Shown: positions 18,757-28,238 of the stretch, in pieces
How the letters are laid out: each line of letters opens with the position of its first letter
Numbering within the stretch: position 1 is the first letter of the stretch
Assembly (NCBI GenBank): GCA_028706255.1
Contig: JAQWBS010000001.1
Location: forward strand, 23,617 to 87,616
Direction of reading: 5' to 3'
Length of the DNA stretch: 64,000 bases
From: Alphaproteobacteria bacterium
GTDB taxonomy: Bacteria > Pseudomonadota > Alphaproteobacteria > RF32 > CAG-239
Translations under genes and position numbers: made by a program
Notes under the pieces: model-generated
The model's input: the letters and a program-made list of their open reading frames with translations, nothing else
What the model was told of the DNA's origin: nothing
Databases searched by the model: none

Positions 18757-18857
18757 AAATACTATTGATTTATCACTAAATATTATTTAATTACGATATA
18801 TGGATGGTTACAGTTCATATTGTTATAATCAATAAATATTTGGTCTTTGAAACAACT

Positions 18858-19133
18858 ATGGTTAATCTAGTAAATAAAATTATTTGCTTAAGCTCTCATA
18901 ACACATGCATCAGACTTTGCGAAAAAGAATGGGAAGCATTTGATGAGATTTGTCTTAACAAAAAAATTAAAAGAAAAGCTCTAATTGAGAAAATCAAAGA
19001 AAAGAAGAGTGCTTGTATGGGACTAACCCCCGCAATCAGACTCTTTACTTTGCTCTATTATAAAGCTTTATACAATGAACCGGCTGGCGATGTTGAAAAC
19101 ATCTCCCTTGATGATCTCTTAAACTACATCTAA
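18858..19133 (+). CDS. Ribbon-helix-helix (RHH_4-like) domain protein
   Basis: SSHNTCIRLCEKEWEAFDEIC....KRKALIEKI followed by LTPAIRLFTLLYY resembles the alphaproteobacterial RHH_4 family (TSIRLEPEFWDALEEIA...LSSAIRLFVL). There is no convincing Shine-Dalgarno sequence, and the start (18804 or 18858) is ambiguous. Confidence 0.5.
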   Translation: MVNLVNKIICLSSHNTCIRLCEKEWEAFDEICLNKKIKRKALIEKIKEKKSACMGLTPAIRLFTLLYYKALYNEPAGDVENISLDDLLNYI

Positions 19134-19140
19134 TTTTTTG

Positions 19141-19935
19141 TTAAGGGGTTTTATGGCATTTTACCATACTCGGCATTTGCTGTCTCTTGAAAAACATTTT
19201 GCGGTATGTCTTCTCTATCAAACCGACGACGCTATTACTATGACCTCTTGCAACAATTTCTTTCACAGACAAGTTTTTATCGATTAACAACATCAAGATT
19301 TCATCTAACACGTCATATACTGGTAAACTATCTTCATCTTTTTGCCCCGCTTTTAGCTCTGCACTTGGTGCTCTTGAGATAACCGCTTCTGGCAAAACAC
19401 TTGCATAATGCCCATTAAGCCATTTAGCAAGAGCAAAAATTTGCGTTTTATACAAATCACCAATTGGCATTAACCCTCCGCAAGTGTCGCCATATAGCGT
19501 ACAATAACCCATAGCTGCTTCAGACTTATTGCCACATGCCAAAACCAAATAGCCAAACTGATTTGAAAGTGCCATCAAAATCTGTCCGCGAATTCTTGAT
19601 TGAACATTTTGCATCACCAAGTCTTTCGGGGTTTCTGCAAAAACCTGAGCGAATTTACGTTCATAATACTCAACCTCTGGCTGAATATCAATTACTTGAT
19701 AGTGGATTTTATTCCGCTTTGCAATTTCTTGAGCAATCTGCAAACTCAACATTGAAGTATATTTTGTTTTCATCATATAAGCATAAACATTATCTGCACC
19801 CAAAGCTTCTTTAGCAATAATTGAACAGACTGCAGAATCAAGCCCACCTGAGAGCCCTAAACAAACTTGCTTAAACCCATTTTGCTCACAATAATCCCTC
19901 ATTCCAACAACAAGTGCCTTCCAAATTTTTTCCAT
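19141..19935 (-). CDS. nadE: NH3-dependent NAD+ synthetase, single-domain form
   Basis: PP-loop LGLSGGLDSAV, size ~264 aa, no glutaminase domain. Starting at MEKIWKAL avoids an 88-nt overlap with nadM. Confidence 0.9.
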   Translation of the reverse strand: MEKIWKALVVGMRDYCEQNGFKQVCLGLSGGLDSAVCSIIAKEALGADNVYAYMMKTKYTSMLSLQIAQEIAKRNKIHYQVIDIQPEVEYYERKFAQVFAETPKDLVMQNVQSRIRGQILMALSNQFGYLVLACGNKSEAAMGYCTLYGDTCGGLMPIGDLYKTQIFALAKWLNGHYASVLPEAVISRAPSAELKAGQKDEDSLPVYDVLDEILMLLIDKNLSVKEIVARGHSNSVVGLIEKTYRKMFFKRQQMPSMVKCHKTP

Positions 19936-19951
19936 CTCATTTCTCCCAACC

Positions 19952-20494
19952 TTAAATAACCGCTTTTTTATTGAAGAAGCTCTCTTCAATAAGTTTATAA
20001 TTTTCAGGATTAATAAAGTTCTTCCATCGAACATCGCCAAATTTTATCATATCCCTCACCATTGTTCCGGTGACAAAGGGAAAATCTTGTGCCGTTCTAT
20101 CAATGAGTTCTATTTGCGTAAAAGCATGTCTAAACCAGTGTGCATCATAATTACTCCCTGCATAATAAACATCTGGCTTTGGCAAATCTGGAAAGCTTTC
20201 CAACATAAAATCCATTACATATTCCGCCCATTCTGCTGGATTATTAATATCAAACAATCCGATAATCTTCAGACGAGGATAATCAGGTGAATGACGATAG
20301 AGATTTTGAATCATTTTTTTTCGTGTGGTATAGTTAAGCGGATTACGCTCTGTGCCATGTTCTTGAATTGAACCAAGAACAATTGTCACTAATTCACACT
20401 CTTTTAACATCTTTTCAACAATGCGATGATGCCCAATGTGAAAAGGTTGAGCACGCATAATGGATAACCCATGTTTATATTTAAAATCAGACAT
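19952..20494 (-). CDS. nadM: Nicotinamide/nicotinate mononucleotide adenylyltransferase, archaeal NadM-type
   Basis: GLSIMRAQPFHIGHHRIVEKM carries the (H/T)xGH nucleotidyltransferase motif in a NadM-like N-terminus, at about 180 aa. The ATG at 20494 has a GGGAG Shine-Dalgarno sequence 7 nt upstream. Confidence 0.75.
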   Translation of the reverse strand: MSDFKYKHGLSIMRAQPFHIGHHRIVEKMLKECELVTIVLGSIQEHGTERNPLNYTTRKKMIQNLYRHSPDYPRLKIIGLFDINNPAEWAEYVMDFMLESFPDLPKPDVYYAGSNYDAHWFRHAFTQIELIDRTAQDFPFVTGTMVRDMIKFGDVRWKNFINPENYKLIEESFFNKKAVI

Positions 20495-20646
20495 AAAAAA
20501 ACTCCCATAAAATAGGAGCACAATTTGAGATGAGAAATCTATTCTCATATATCAATCAACATCAAACCGGCTCAGTTATATAAGTTCTTCACCCATTAGC
20601 CCTTCGGATGACGAGAACATGTTCAGTTTGATAGATTATCATCCCT

Positions 20647-20673
20647 TTGTCAAGAAAAAATCTAACTTGACAA
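20647..20673. promoter_or_regulatory. Perfect inverted repeat TTGTCAAG-N11-CTTGACAA in the divergent nadM / ORF20728 intergenic region
   Basis: An 8-bp perfect inverted repeat. Each half-site contains TTGACA reading outward. It is either an operator or face-to-face -35 elements. Confidence 0.4.
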
Positions 20674-20727
20674 AAAACTTTCAGGGGATAGACTAAACCC
20701 ATAAATCAATTTTTAGATTATATAATT

Positions 20728-20997
20728 ATGAAACCGACTCAAAACACCGCAACGTCTTCATTAGATGAAACCCTTGCGAACTTAGTGATTAAAAACGAAA
20801 GTGAAGCTCAGCAAATATGTAAAAGCGCTCAACCTTTTTATCTAGCAGAAATATCTGTTAAAGAACCAGATGAAAACAAAGCGCCTGAAACAATAATTGG
20901 TTGGATATCAAATGATGAATATCTAGTTGTTGACGCACTCACCGAAAAAAGATACTCCGCTTTGAACGCCGAATTTCAAGTTCTTAACTATCTATAA
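20728..20997 (+). CDS. Hypothetical small acidic protein (89 aa)
   Basis: ORF with non-repetitive composition. Its own terminator follows immediately. Confidence 0.45.
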   Translation: MKPTQNTATSSLDETLANLVIKNESEAQQICKSAQPFYLAEISVKEPDENKAPETIIGWISNDEYLVVDALTEKRYSALNAEFQVLNYL

Positions 20998-21002
20998 AGA
21001 AA

Positions 21003-21044
21003 AGCCCCTTAAACTCTAAAAAGTTTTAAGGGGCTTTTCTAAAA
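21003..21044 (+). terminator. Rho-independent terminator (AAAGCCCCTT-loop-AAGGGGCTTTT)
   Basis: A 9-10-bp GC-rich stem followed by TTTT. Confidence 0.6.
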
Positions 21045-21063
21045 TAGATTTCGAGAGCATTTA

Positions 21064-21285
21064 CTAAAGAGAAAACTTTCCTCTTCCGTCCGCTAGCACA
21101 CAATCCCGACCAGAAAACCAAACATCACAAAGCTGATTTCCAAGAGAAGGAATTCTTTTTCTTCCCGCCATCAATCTTGACTTATCAATACTAAGTTGAG
21201 TGGCTGCAGTGTCAACATTAACTTTCCAGTGAAAGGTCTTGTGTTTACAGTTGATATCAGTTGAACATCCAAAAGTTTTTTCCAT
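21064..21285 (-). CDS. Hypothetical small protein (73 aa, 4 Cys)
   Basis: ORF only. No Shine-Dalgarno sequence is recognisable. Confidence 0.3.
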   Translation of the reverse strand: MEKTFGCSTDINCKHKTFHWKVNVDTAATQLSIDKSRLMAGRKRIPSLGNQLCDVWFSGRDCVLADGRGKFSL

Positions 21286-21310
21286 AATATTTTTTATCTA
21301 ATATATTCTT

Positions 21311-21349
21311 AAAAAAAACCTATTAGGGCTCAAGGCGCTAATAGGTTTT
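21311..21349 (-). terminator. Rho-independent terminator (CCTATTAG-11nt loop-CTAATAGG), strong on the minus strand (U8)
   Basis: An 8-bp stem preceded by A8 on the plus strand, which is U8 on the minus strand. No annotated minus-strand gene ends here other than the candidate ORF at 21446-21619. Confidence 0.5.
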
Positions 21350-21445
21350 ATCACGTATCAATTAAGATGGGAACAATTCCGAGACCACAAAAAAATTACT
21401 CATCAATTTCTTGAACTTTCATAATGTCTAATTTTAAACGTTTAA

Positions 21446-21619
21446 CATCTAATGATAATCTCCAACCTGTTCTGACAAATCTGGACCTTTCCTTGTTTGT
21501 CGAGTATTTTGTCTTTTCTCACGTGAAAGGTGATTATTGTGAACAACATCAATTTCTCTTTGATCGCCCCATTCAGAACTTATTCCATAAACACTTTGTC
21601 GATTGTTTCTTGTTTCCAT
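21446..21619 (-). CDS. Candidate small ORF (57 aa, METRNNRQSVYGISSEWGDQREIDVVHNNHLSREKRQNTRQTRKGPDLSEQVGDYH) or small RNA unit
   Basis: It is not in the ORF track because it is under 60 aa. It lies between the tuf terminator and the strong minus-strand terminator at 21311-21349. A plus-strand 65-aa ORF at 21424-21621 overlaps it and is equally unsupported. Confidence 0.25.
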
Positions 21620-21733
21620 AATATGATTTGTTTTAGATTAATAATTGAAAAATAGTAGTTTTATGAAAAAATCTTAACAGTTTAATTCACAAAGTCAACC
21701 ATTAAAAAATCACCAATTATTATCCATTATTAC

Positions 21734-21763
21734 AAAAAAAGAGCTCTTCAAAAGAAGGGCTCT
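21734..21763 (-). terminator. Rho-independent terminator of the str operon downstream of tuf
   Basis: AGAGCTCTTC-aaaa-GAAGgGCTCT hairpin followed by U7 on the minus strand. Confidence 0.6.
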
Positions 21764-21787
21764 TTCCTTTAACTAATTAAAGTTATA

Positions 21788-21875
21788 TAAATTGTGTGGG
21801 CTACGCCTTAAGTTTTTGACGAAGTGTACACAGAAAGTACACGAGGAAAAAACTTAAAAGTATGACACCAATTTA
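21788..21875 (-). repeat. Copy C of the ~85-nt imperfect-palindromic element, abutting the tuf stop codon
   Basis: TAAATTGtGTGggCTACGccttaagTTTTTGACGAaGTGTACacagaaaGTACACGAGGAAAAAAcTTaaAAGTATGACACCAATTTA. The closing stem is TAAATTG(t)GTG/CACCAATTTA. It ends 2 nt from the tuf stop. Confidence 0.65.
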
Positions 21876-21877
21876 GA

Positions 21878-23068
21878 TTACTTTAGAATCTTAGATACCA
21901 CACCGGCACCCACAGTTCTACCACCTTCACGGATTGCAAAACGAAGACCTTCGTCCATAGCAATTGGGTGAATGAGGTTTACTGTAATTGTTACGTTGTC
22001 TCCAGGCATTACCATTTCTGTTCCTGCTGGAAGTTCAATCGCTCCTGTTACGTCTGTTGTTCTGAAATAGAACTGTGGACGATAGTTACCGAAGAATGGC
22101 GTATGACGTCCACCTTCATCTTTGTTCAAGATATAGCATTCGCCATTGAAGCTTGTGTGTGGTGTGATTGAACCAGGAGCCGCTAATACTTGTCCACGTT
22201 CAACATCTTCTCTCTTCGTTCCACGAAGCAATACACCTACGTTATCACCTGCTTGACCACTATCCAACAATTTACGGAACATTTCAACGCCTGTACATGT
22301 TGTCTTAGCTGTTGGTTTAATGCCCACGATTTCCATTTCGTCACCAACTTTAATAACACCACGTTCTACACGACCTGTTACCACTGTTCCACGGCCTGAA
22401 ATTGAAAATACGTCTTCAATTGGCATCAAGAATGGTTTGTCAACTGCTCTTTCTGGTTGTGGAATATAAGCATCTACTGCATCCATCAAAGCAATAATTG
22501 CTTTCTTACCGATTTCTTCGTTGCTGTCTTCCAATGCTGCCAAAGCTGAACCTTTTACAATCGGAATTTCATCGCCAGGGAATTCGTATGAACTTAACAA
22601 ATCTCTGATTTCCATTTCAACGAGTTCCAACAATTCTTCATCATCAACTTGGTCTACTTTGTTCATAAATACTACCAAAGCTGGTACGCCTACTTGACGT
22701 GCCAACAAAATGTGTTCACGTGTTTGTGGCATTGGACCATCTGCTGATGATACCACCAAAATTGCACCATCCATTTGTGCCGCACCTGTAATCATATTCT
22801 TTACATAGTCAGCGTGGCCTGGGCAGTCTACGTGTGCATAGTGACGAGCCTTTGTTTCATATTCTACGTGTGACGTTGAAATCGTGATACCACGTGCTCT
22901 TTCTTCTGGTGCTTTATCAATATTTGCATAGTCTACAAATGCACCGCCGCCTTGTTCCGCCATAATCTTTGTAATTGCCGCTGTCAATGTCGTCTTACCA
23001 TGATCAACGTGACCAATCGTGCCAATGTTACAGTGCGGTTTATTACGCTCAAATTTCTCTTTTGCCAT
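21878..23068 (-). CDS. tuf: Elongation factor Tu
   Basis: [28 protein letters not shown] is the canonical EF-Tu N-terminus. Confidence 0.97.
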   Translation of the reverse strand: MAKEKFERNKPHCNIGTIGHVDHGKTTLTAAITKIMAEQGGGAFVDYANIDKAPEERARGITISTSHVEYETKARHYAHVDCPGHADYVKNMITGAAQMDGAILVVSSADGPMPQTREHILLARQVGVPALVVFMNKVDQVDDEELLELVEMEIRDLLSSYEFPGDEIPIVKGSALAALEDSNEEIGKKAIIALMDAVDAYIPQPERAVDKPFLMPIEDVFSISGRGTVVTGRVERGVIKVGDEMEIVGIKPTAKTTCTGVEMFRKLLDSGQAGDNVGVLLRGTKREDVERGQVLAAPGSITPHTSFNGECYILNKDEGGRHTPFFGNYRPQFYFRTTDVTGAIELPAGTEMVMPGDNVTITVNLIHPIAMDEGLRFAIREGGRTVGAGVVSKILK

Positions 23069-23101
23069 TTTAATTTTCTCCAAAAGCAAATTGTTACATG
23101 T

Positions 23102-23122
23102 GGGGTGAGAAGTTCTCACCCC
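23102..23122 (-). other. GC-rich hairpin (GGGGTGAG-loop-CTCACCCC) in the fusA|tuf spacer
   Basis: An 8-10-bp G+C stem in an AT-rich genome with no U-run after it. It is a possible processing or stability element or a weak attenuator. Confidence 0.35.
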
Positions 23123-23133
23123 GATGAAATTAA

Positions 23134-25212
23134 TTATTTTCCGTGTTTAGCTTTAATTGCCTCAGCAACGTCTCTTGGAACTTCCGCATAGTGATGGAAT
23201 TCCATTGTGAACTGAGCACGACCTTGAGAAAGTGAACGAAGAGAGTTAACATAACCAAACATATTTGCCAAAGGCACATGTGCGTTAACAACTTTCGCAT
23301 TTCCTCTTTGATCCATTCCGTTCACCAAACCACGACGAGAGTTCAAGTCACCGATTACATCACCCATATATTCTTCAGGCGTAACCACTTCAACTTTCAT
23401 AATTGGTTCAAGAAGTCTTGGATCTGCTTCACGCATACCTTCTCTGAAGGCCGCACGAGCAGCAATTTCAAAACACATTACGTTAGAGTCAACATCATGG
23501 TAAGCACCATCGTAAAGTGTTGCTTTAACACCAGTCACAGGATATCCAGCAATAACACCAGTATCCATAGCAGTACGCAATCCTTTTTCAACACCAGGGA
23601 TGTATTCTTTAGGAACGTTACCACCAACAACCGTGTTAGCAAATTCAAAACCAGTATAACCTTCAATTGGCTCAAATTTGATTTTAACTTTCGCAAATTG
23701 ACCAGCACCACCAGATTGTTTCTTGTGTGTATAGTCAATATCAGCCATTTTTGTAATTGTTTCACGGTAAGCCACTTGTGGTTCACCAATATTAGCTTCA
23801 ACTTTGAATTCACGACGAAGTCTATCAACCAAAATTTCAAGGTGAAGTTCACCCATACCTTTAATGATTGTTTGACCACTATCTTGGTCAGTTGAAACGC
23901 GGAAAGATGGATCTTCCATTGCCAAACGAGACAATGCTAAGCCCATTTTTTCAACGTCAGCTTTAGTTTTTGGTTCAACAGCAAGTTCAATCACTGGATC
24001 TGGGAATTCCATTCTTTCCAAAATGATTGGCTTAGATGAATCACAAAGCGTGTCACCAGTTGTTGTATCTTTCAAACCAGCCAAGGCAACGATATCACCA
24101 GCGTGTGCTTCTTTCAATTCTTCACGTTTGTTTGCGTGCATCAAAAGCATACGACCAACTCTTTCTTTTTTGTCTTTAACTGAGTTATAGATATATGAAC
24201 CAGCTTCCAAAGTACCAGAATAAATACGAGTAAATGTCAAAGAGCCAACGAATGGGTCATTCATAATTTTGAATGCCAAAGCAGATAATGGTTCATTATC
24301 AGCAGGGTGTCTTTCTTCTTCTTTTTCTGTATTTGGATTGATACCATCAATTGCAGGAATATCCATTGGAGAAGGAAGATAATCAATTACAGCATCAAGC
24401 AAAGGTTGAACACCTTTGTTTTTGAACGCTGTTCCACAAAGAACAGGAACGAAATCTTGAGCCAAAGTTCCTTTACGGATACATTTTTTCAATCTTTCGA
24501 GAGTAATTTCTTTTCCTTCCAAATAATCTTCCATAGCTGCGTCATCTTGTTCAACAGCCATTTCAATTAATTCTGAACGATATTTTGCTGCATCTGCTGC
24601 AAATTCAGCAGGAATTTCTTTAACTTCAATTGGAGAATCAGGTGTATCACCTGTGTAAATAATTGCATTATTATTTACCAAGTCAATCACACCTCTGAAT
24701 TCTGCTTCAGCACCAATAGGAAGTTGGATAGGCATTGCTCTTGCACCAAGACGATCATGAATCATATCGATACAACGATAGAAGTTCGCACCGATTCTGT
24801 CCATTTTGTTGCAGAAGCAAATACGAGGAACATTATATTTATCAGCTTGTCTCCAAACTGTTTCAGATTGTGGTTCAACACCAGCAACTGAGTCAAACAC
24901 AGTTACAGCACCATCAAGCACACGAAGGGAACGTTCAACTTCAATTGTGAAGTCAACGTGTCCTGGCGTATCAATGATGTTAACGCGGTGATTTTTCCAG
25001 TAGCAAGTTGTTGCCGCAGAAGTAATTGTAATACCTCTTTCTTGCTCTTGTTCCATCCAGTCCATTGTAGCAGCACCATCGTGCGTTTCACCAACTTTAT
25101 GAGAACGACCAGTATAGAACAAAATTCGTTCAGTTGTAGTTGTCTTACCAGCATCAATGTGCGCCATGATTCCGATGTTTCTATACATTTCCAATTTATG
25201 CGTACGAGCCAT
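23134..25212 (-). CDS. fusA: Elongation factor G
   Basis: [15 protein letters not shown], 692 aa, in its str-operon position. Confidence 0.97.
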   Translation of the reverse strand: MARTHKLEMYRNIGIMAHIDAGKTTTTERILFYTGRSHKVGETHDGAATMDWMEQEQERGITITSAATTCYWKNHRVNIIDTPGHVDFTIEVERSLRVLDGAVTVFDSVAGVEPQSETVWRQADKYNVPRICFCNKMDRIGANFYRCIDMIHDRLGARAMPIQLPIGAEAEFRGVIDLVNNNAIIYTGDTPDSPIEVKEIPAEFAADAAKYRSELIEMAVEQDDAAMEDYLEGKEITLERLKKCIRKGTLAQDFVPVLCGTAFKNKGVQPLLDAVIDYLPSPMDIPAIDGINPNTEKEEERHPADNEPLSALAFKIMNDPFVGSLTFTRIYSGTLEAGSYIYNSVKDKKERVGRMLLMHANKREELKEAHAGDIVALAGLKDTTTGDTLCDSSKPIILERMEFPDPVIELAVEPKTKADVEKMGLALSRLAMEDPSFRVSTDQDSGQTIIKGMGELHLEILVDRLRREFKVEANIGEPQVAYRETITKMADIDYTHKKQSGGAGQFAKVKIKFEPIEGYTGFEFANTVVGGNVPKEYIPGVEKGLRTAMDTGVIAGYPVTGVKATLYDGAYHDVDSNVMCFEIAARAAFREGMREADPRLLEPIMKVEVVTPEEYMGDVIGDLNSRRGLVNGMDQRGNAKVVNAHVPLANMFGYVNSLRSLSQGRAQFTMEFHHYAEVPRDVAEAIKAKHGK

Positions 25213-25290
25213 TGTTTTGTTTTCCTAATTTTGTATTCTTAATATATATAACAAAACTTGTTATGTGAGGATTATAATAAGAAATAAGAG

Positions 25291-25365
25291 GCGAGAAAAA
25301 TTAGTGTATAAAAAAATACATGGATTTTCTCGCTCTCGAAATTTCTGCATTAGAAACCCGCAGAA
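25291..25365 (-). other. Nested palindrome GCGAGAAAA...GTGTAT-A7-ATACAT...TTTTCTCGC plus a second hairpin TTCTGC-N11-GCAGAA in an expanded rpsG|fusA spacer
   Basis: The 163-nt spacer sits between genes that are normally adjacent. A 9-bp outer stem encloses a 5-bp inner hairpin. Confidence 0.4.
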
Positions 25366-25375
25366 CGAGTTTTTG

Positions 25376-25858
<483 letters not shown>

Positions 25859-26230
25859 CTATTTAGGTCTTTTAGCGCCGTATAGCGAACGACGTTGACG
25901 ACGTTTAGCAATACCTTGAGTATCCAAAGTACCGCGAATAATATGATAGCGAACACCAGGTAAGTCTTTTACACGGCCTCCTCTAATCAGCACCACTGAG
26001 TGTTCTTGCAAGTTATGACCTTCACCAGGGATATAGCTGATTACTTCAAAGCCGTTTGTTAGACGAACGCGAGCCACTTTACGCAACGCTGAGTTTGGTT
26101 TCTTAGGGGTTGTTGTATAAACCCTAGTACAAACACCGCGTTTTTGTGGACAAGCTTTCAAAGCCGGAACTTTGTTTCTTGTAGTTTTTGGTGTTCGTGA
26201 TTTACGAATTAACTGATTAATTGTAGGCAT
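25859..26230 (-). CDS. rpsL: 30S ribosomal protein S12
   Basis: [12 protein letters not shown]...[11 protein letters not shown] matches S12. Confidence 0.95.
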   Translation of the reverse strand: MPTINQLIRKSRTPKTTRNKVPALKACPQKRGVCTRVYTTTPKKPNSALRKVARVRLTNGFEVISYIPGEGHNLQEHSVVLIRGGRVKDLPGVRYHIIRGTLDTQGIAKRRQRRSLYGAKRPK

Positions 26231-26601
26231 CACTTTTTCCTTAAATATTACATTTTTTAATCAACATATAACAGATTCGCAAAACGCCAACCGCTTTGCC
26301 CAACCCGTTATAAACTTTAACATTATCAATAGATTAACTCTCTGATAAGACTCATTCAAAGGACGGATTCCGCCCCTTTTGAGTCGTCGCAATATAGACT
26401 CAAGCTTTTGAATAGTCAACAGTTTTTTCAGAAATAATTTATAATGTTTTTACCTTCTTTCAAAAAGCTAAAACATTGACACATCACTCGTCGCGTCAAA
26501 AACTGTGCCAAGTTTTGTATAAGTGTAAAAATTCCTTGCAAAAATCTCAAGAAAAGACTAATTTCGTGCTATTAATAAAAACAATTTTAAAGGAATATAC
26601 T

Positions 26602-27561
26602 ATGCCTGACAATAAAGATATCCAATCTGCAAAAAGAACGATTGATAAAGAAATTGAAGCCTTAAGAGTAATGGAAAATGATTTTGATGAATCTCTCTCT
26701 CAAGCCCTTGATATTTTGGAAAAAACAACTGGTAAAATCATCGTAACAGGAATGGGTAAATCTGGACATATCGGAAAGAAAATTGCCGCTACCCTTGCCT
26801 CAACTGGTGCGCCTTCTTTCTTTGTTCACCCTGCTGAAGCAAGCCATGGCGACCTTGGAATGTTAGACAAAGGCGATGTGATTATTGCCATTTCAAACGG
26901 CGGGGAATCAAAAGAGCTTTCAGACATCCTCATCTTTTCAAAAAGATTCGGATTTCCAATAATTGCCATTACTAAAGACCCAGACAGCACCCTTGGTAAA
27001 GCAGGAAATATTGTTCTCAAGCTTCCAAATAATGGAGAAGCTTGTCCACTCGGGCTTGCCCCAACTTCTTCCACAACAGCAACCTTGGTTTTAGGAGATG
27101 TCCTTGCTGTGGCTCTTTTAGAAAGAAAAGGATTCTCCAAAACAGACTACAAACAAAGACATCCTGGCGGAAAACTTGGTGCGATTCTCCAAAAAGTTTC
27201 TGATCTTATGCACAAAGGTGATGAACTTCCACTTATTTCTGAAACCGCAAACATGCAGCAAGCGCTCCTTGTTATGACTTCAAAAATGCTGGGGTGTGTG
27301 GGAATTGTTGACAAAGAAAATAATCTTCTTGGAATCATCACCGATGGTGACTTAAGAAGAATTATTAATTCTAATATGCTCACCCAAAGCCCTGTTGATG
27401 TTATGACGAAAAATCCTAAAGTTATCACCTCAGATGCCTTAGTCGCTGAAGCTGTTGCCTTGATGAATGAGAAAAAAATTACGCAACTCTTTGCAATGAA
27501 AGACAACAAACCCGTTGGTGTCATTCACTTGCATGATTGCTTGAAAGCTGGAGTAGCATAA
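26602..27561 (+). CDS. kdsD: Arabinose-5-phosphate isomerase (SIS + tandem CBS)
   Basis: GKIIVTGMGKSGHIGKKIAATLASTGAPSFFVHPAEASHGDLGM. The ATG at 26602 has an AAGGA Shine-Dalgarno sequence. The upstream track extension is not conserved. Confidence 0.9.
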   Translation: MPDNKDIQSAKRTIDKEIEALRVMENDFDESLSQALDILEKTTGKIIVTGMGKSGHIGKKIAATLASTGAPSFFVHPAEASHGDLGMLDKGDVIIAISNGGESKELSDILIFSKRFGFPIIAITKDPDSTLGKAGNIVLKLPNNGEACPLGLAPTSSTTATLVLGDVLAVALLERKGFSKTDYKQRHPGGKLGAILQKVSDLMHKGDELPLISETANMQQALLVMTSKMLGCVGIVDKENNLLGIITDGDLRRIINSNMLTQSPVDVMTKNPKVITSDALVAEAVALMNEKKITQLFAMKDNKPVGVIHLHDCLKAGVA

Positions 27562-28238
27562 ACTTGTTTGATAAGAAAAAGCTAGATTCTTTTTTCGATG
27601 CCTCAGAAGCACAGCAAGAACAGGAAAAATCTCAAATTAACCGCCACACACAATATGTGAGACGTGTTAAAATTTTCCTACCAGTCATTGCTGTCTTTCT
27701 CATTGGGCTCTTATTAATTATTCCTTCATTAAAAGACAATATTGACGAGTTAAAGTTAGATATTACACAACCTAAAAAAGGTGAACTGGAAAAGCTTCAT
27801 GTGGAAAACACGGTTTTTTACATCACAGACGCAAACAATAAAGTCTCTAATTTTAATACAATTCATATTGATGAGCTTGAACCAAAATCAAAAATCGTCA
27901 AGCTCACACAACCAGAGGGAACAATCAACACCAAGAGTGGTAGTTGGATTAATATTAAATCATCAGAAGGCTTTTTCAACCAAGCAACAAATCAACTTGA
28001 TTTCAAAGAGAAAATTTATCTTTTCTTCAGCGACGGGATGAACATTGAAACTTCTAAAGCAACAGCCGATTTCAAGAAATCTCTCACCTATGGGAATGAA
28101 AAAATCACTGGAAATGGATATTTAGGAGAAATTGATGCCGAAAAAGGATTCGAATATCAAAGCAATAAAAAAGTTCTCATCCTCAAAGGAAAGACACGCA
28201 TTCAGCTGGATGAAAACAGTTTTAAAGGAAAGAAATAA
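27537..28238 (+). CDS. lptC: LPS export system protein LptC
   Basis: A single N-terminal TM segment (IFLPVIAVFLIGLLLIIP) plus an LptC-like beta-jellyroll region, upstream of lptA. The start is ambiguous: TTG at 27537, TTG at about 27565 after GGAG, or a GTG further in. Confidence 0.7.
   Translation: MLESWSSINLFDKKKLDSFFDASEAQQEQEKSQINRHTQYVRRVKIFLPVIAVFLIGLLLIIPSLKDNIDELKLDITQPKKGELEKLHVENTVFYITDANNKVSNFNTIHIDELEPKSKIVKLTQPEGTINTKSGSWINIKSSEGFFNQATNQLDFKEKIYLFFSDGMNIETSKATADFKKSLTYGNEKITGNGYLGEIDAEKGFEYQSNKKVLILKGKTRIQLDENSFKGKK

Noticed and set aside
20495-20548. Longer N-terminus of nadM (start at 20548) and of nadE (start at 20040)
   Set aside because: The extensions are non-conserved and would create an 88-nt nadE/nadM overlap. 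The internal ATGs have good Shine-Dalgarno sequences. A 7-bp hairpin (ATGAGAA-atcta-TTCTCAT) occupies the rejected nadM extension.
21858-21876. Tiny plus-strand ORFs (MTPI*, MTPL*, MITLL*) preceded by GAGGAAAAAA inside each copy of the palindromic element
   Set aside because: They are on the strand opposite to operon transcription. The putative Shine-Dalgarno spacing (14 nt) is too long. The peptides are only 4-5 residues. The conservation is explained by the nucleotide-level repeat.
26476-26601. 126-nt 5' extension of kdsD given by the ORF track
   Set aside because: The extension (MTHHSSRQKLCQVLYKCKNS...) is not KdsD-like. The ATG at 26602 has an AAGGA Shine-Dalgarno sequence and starts the conserved N-terminus.
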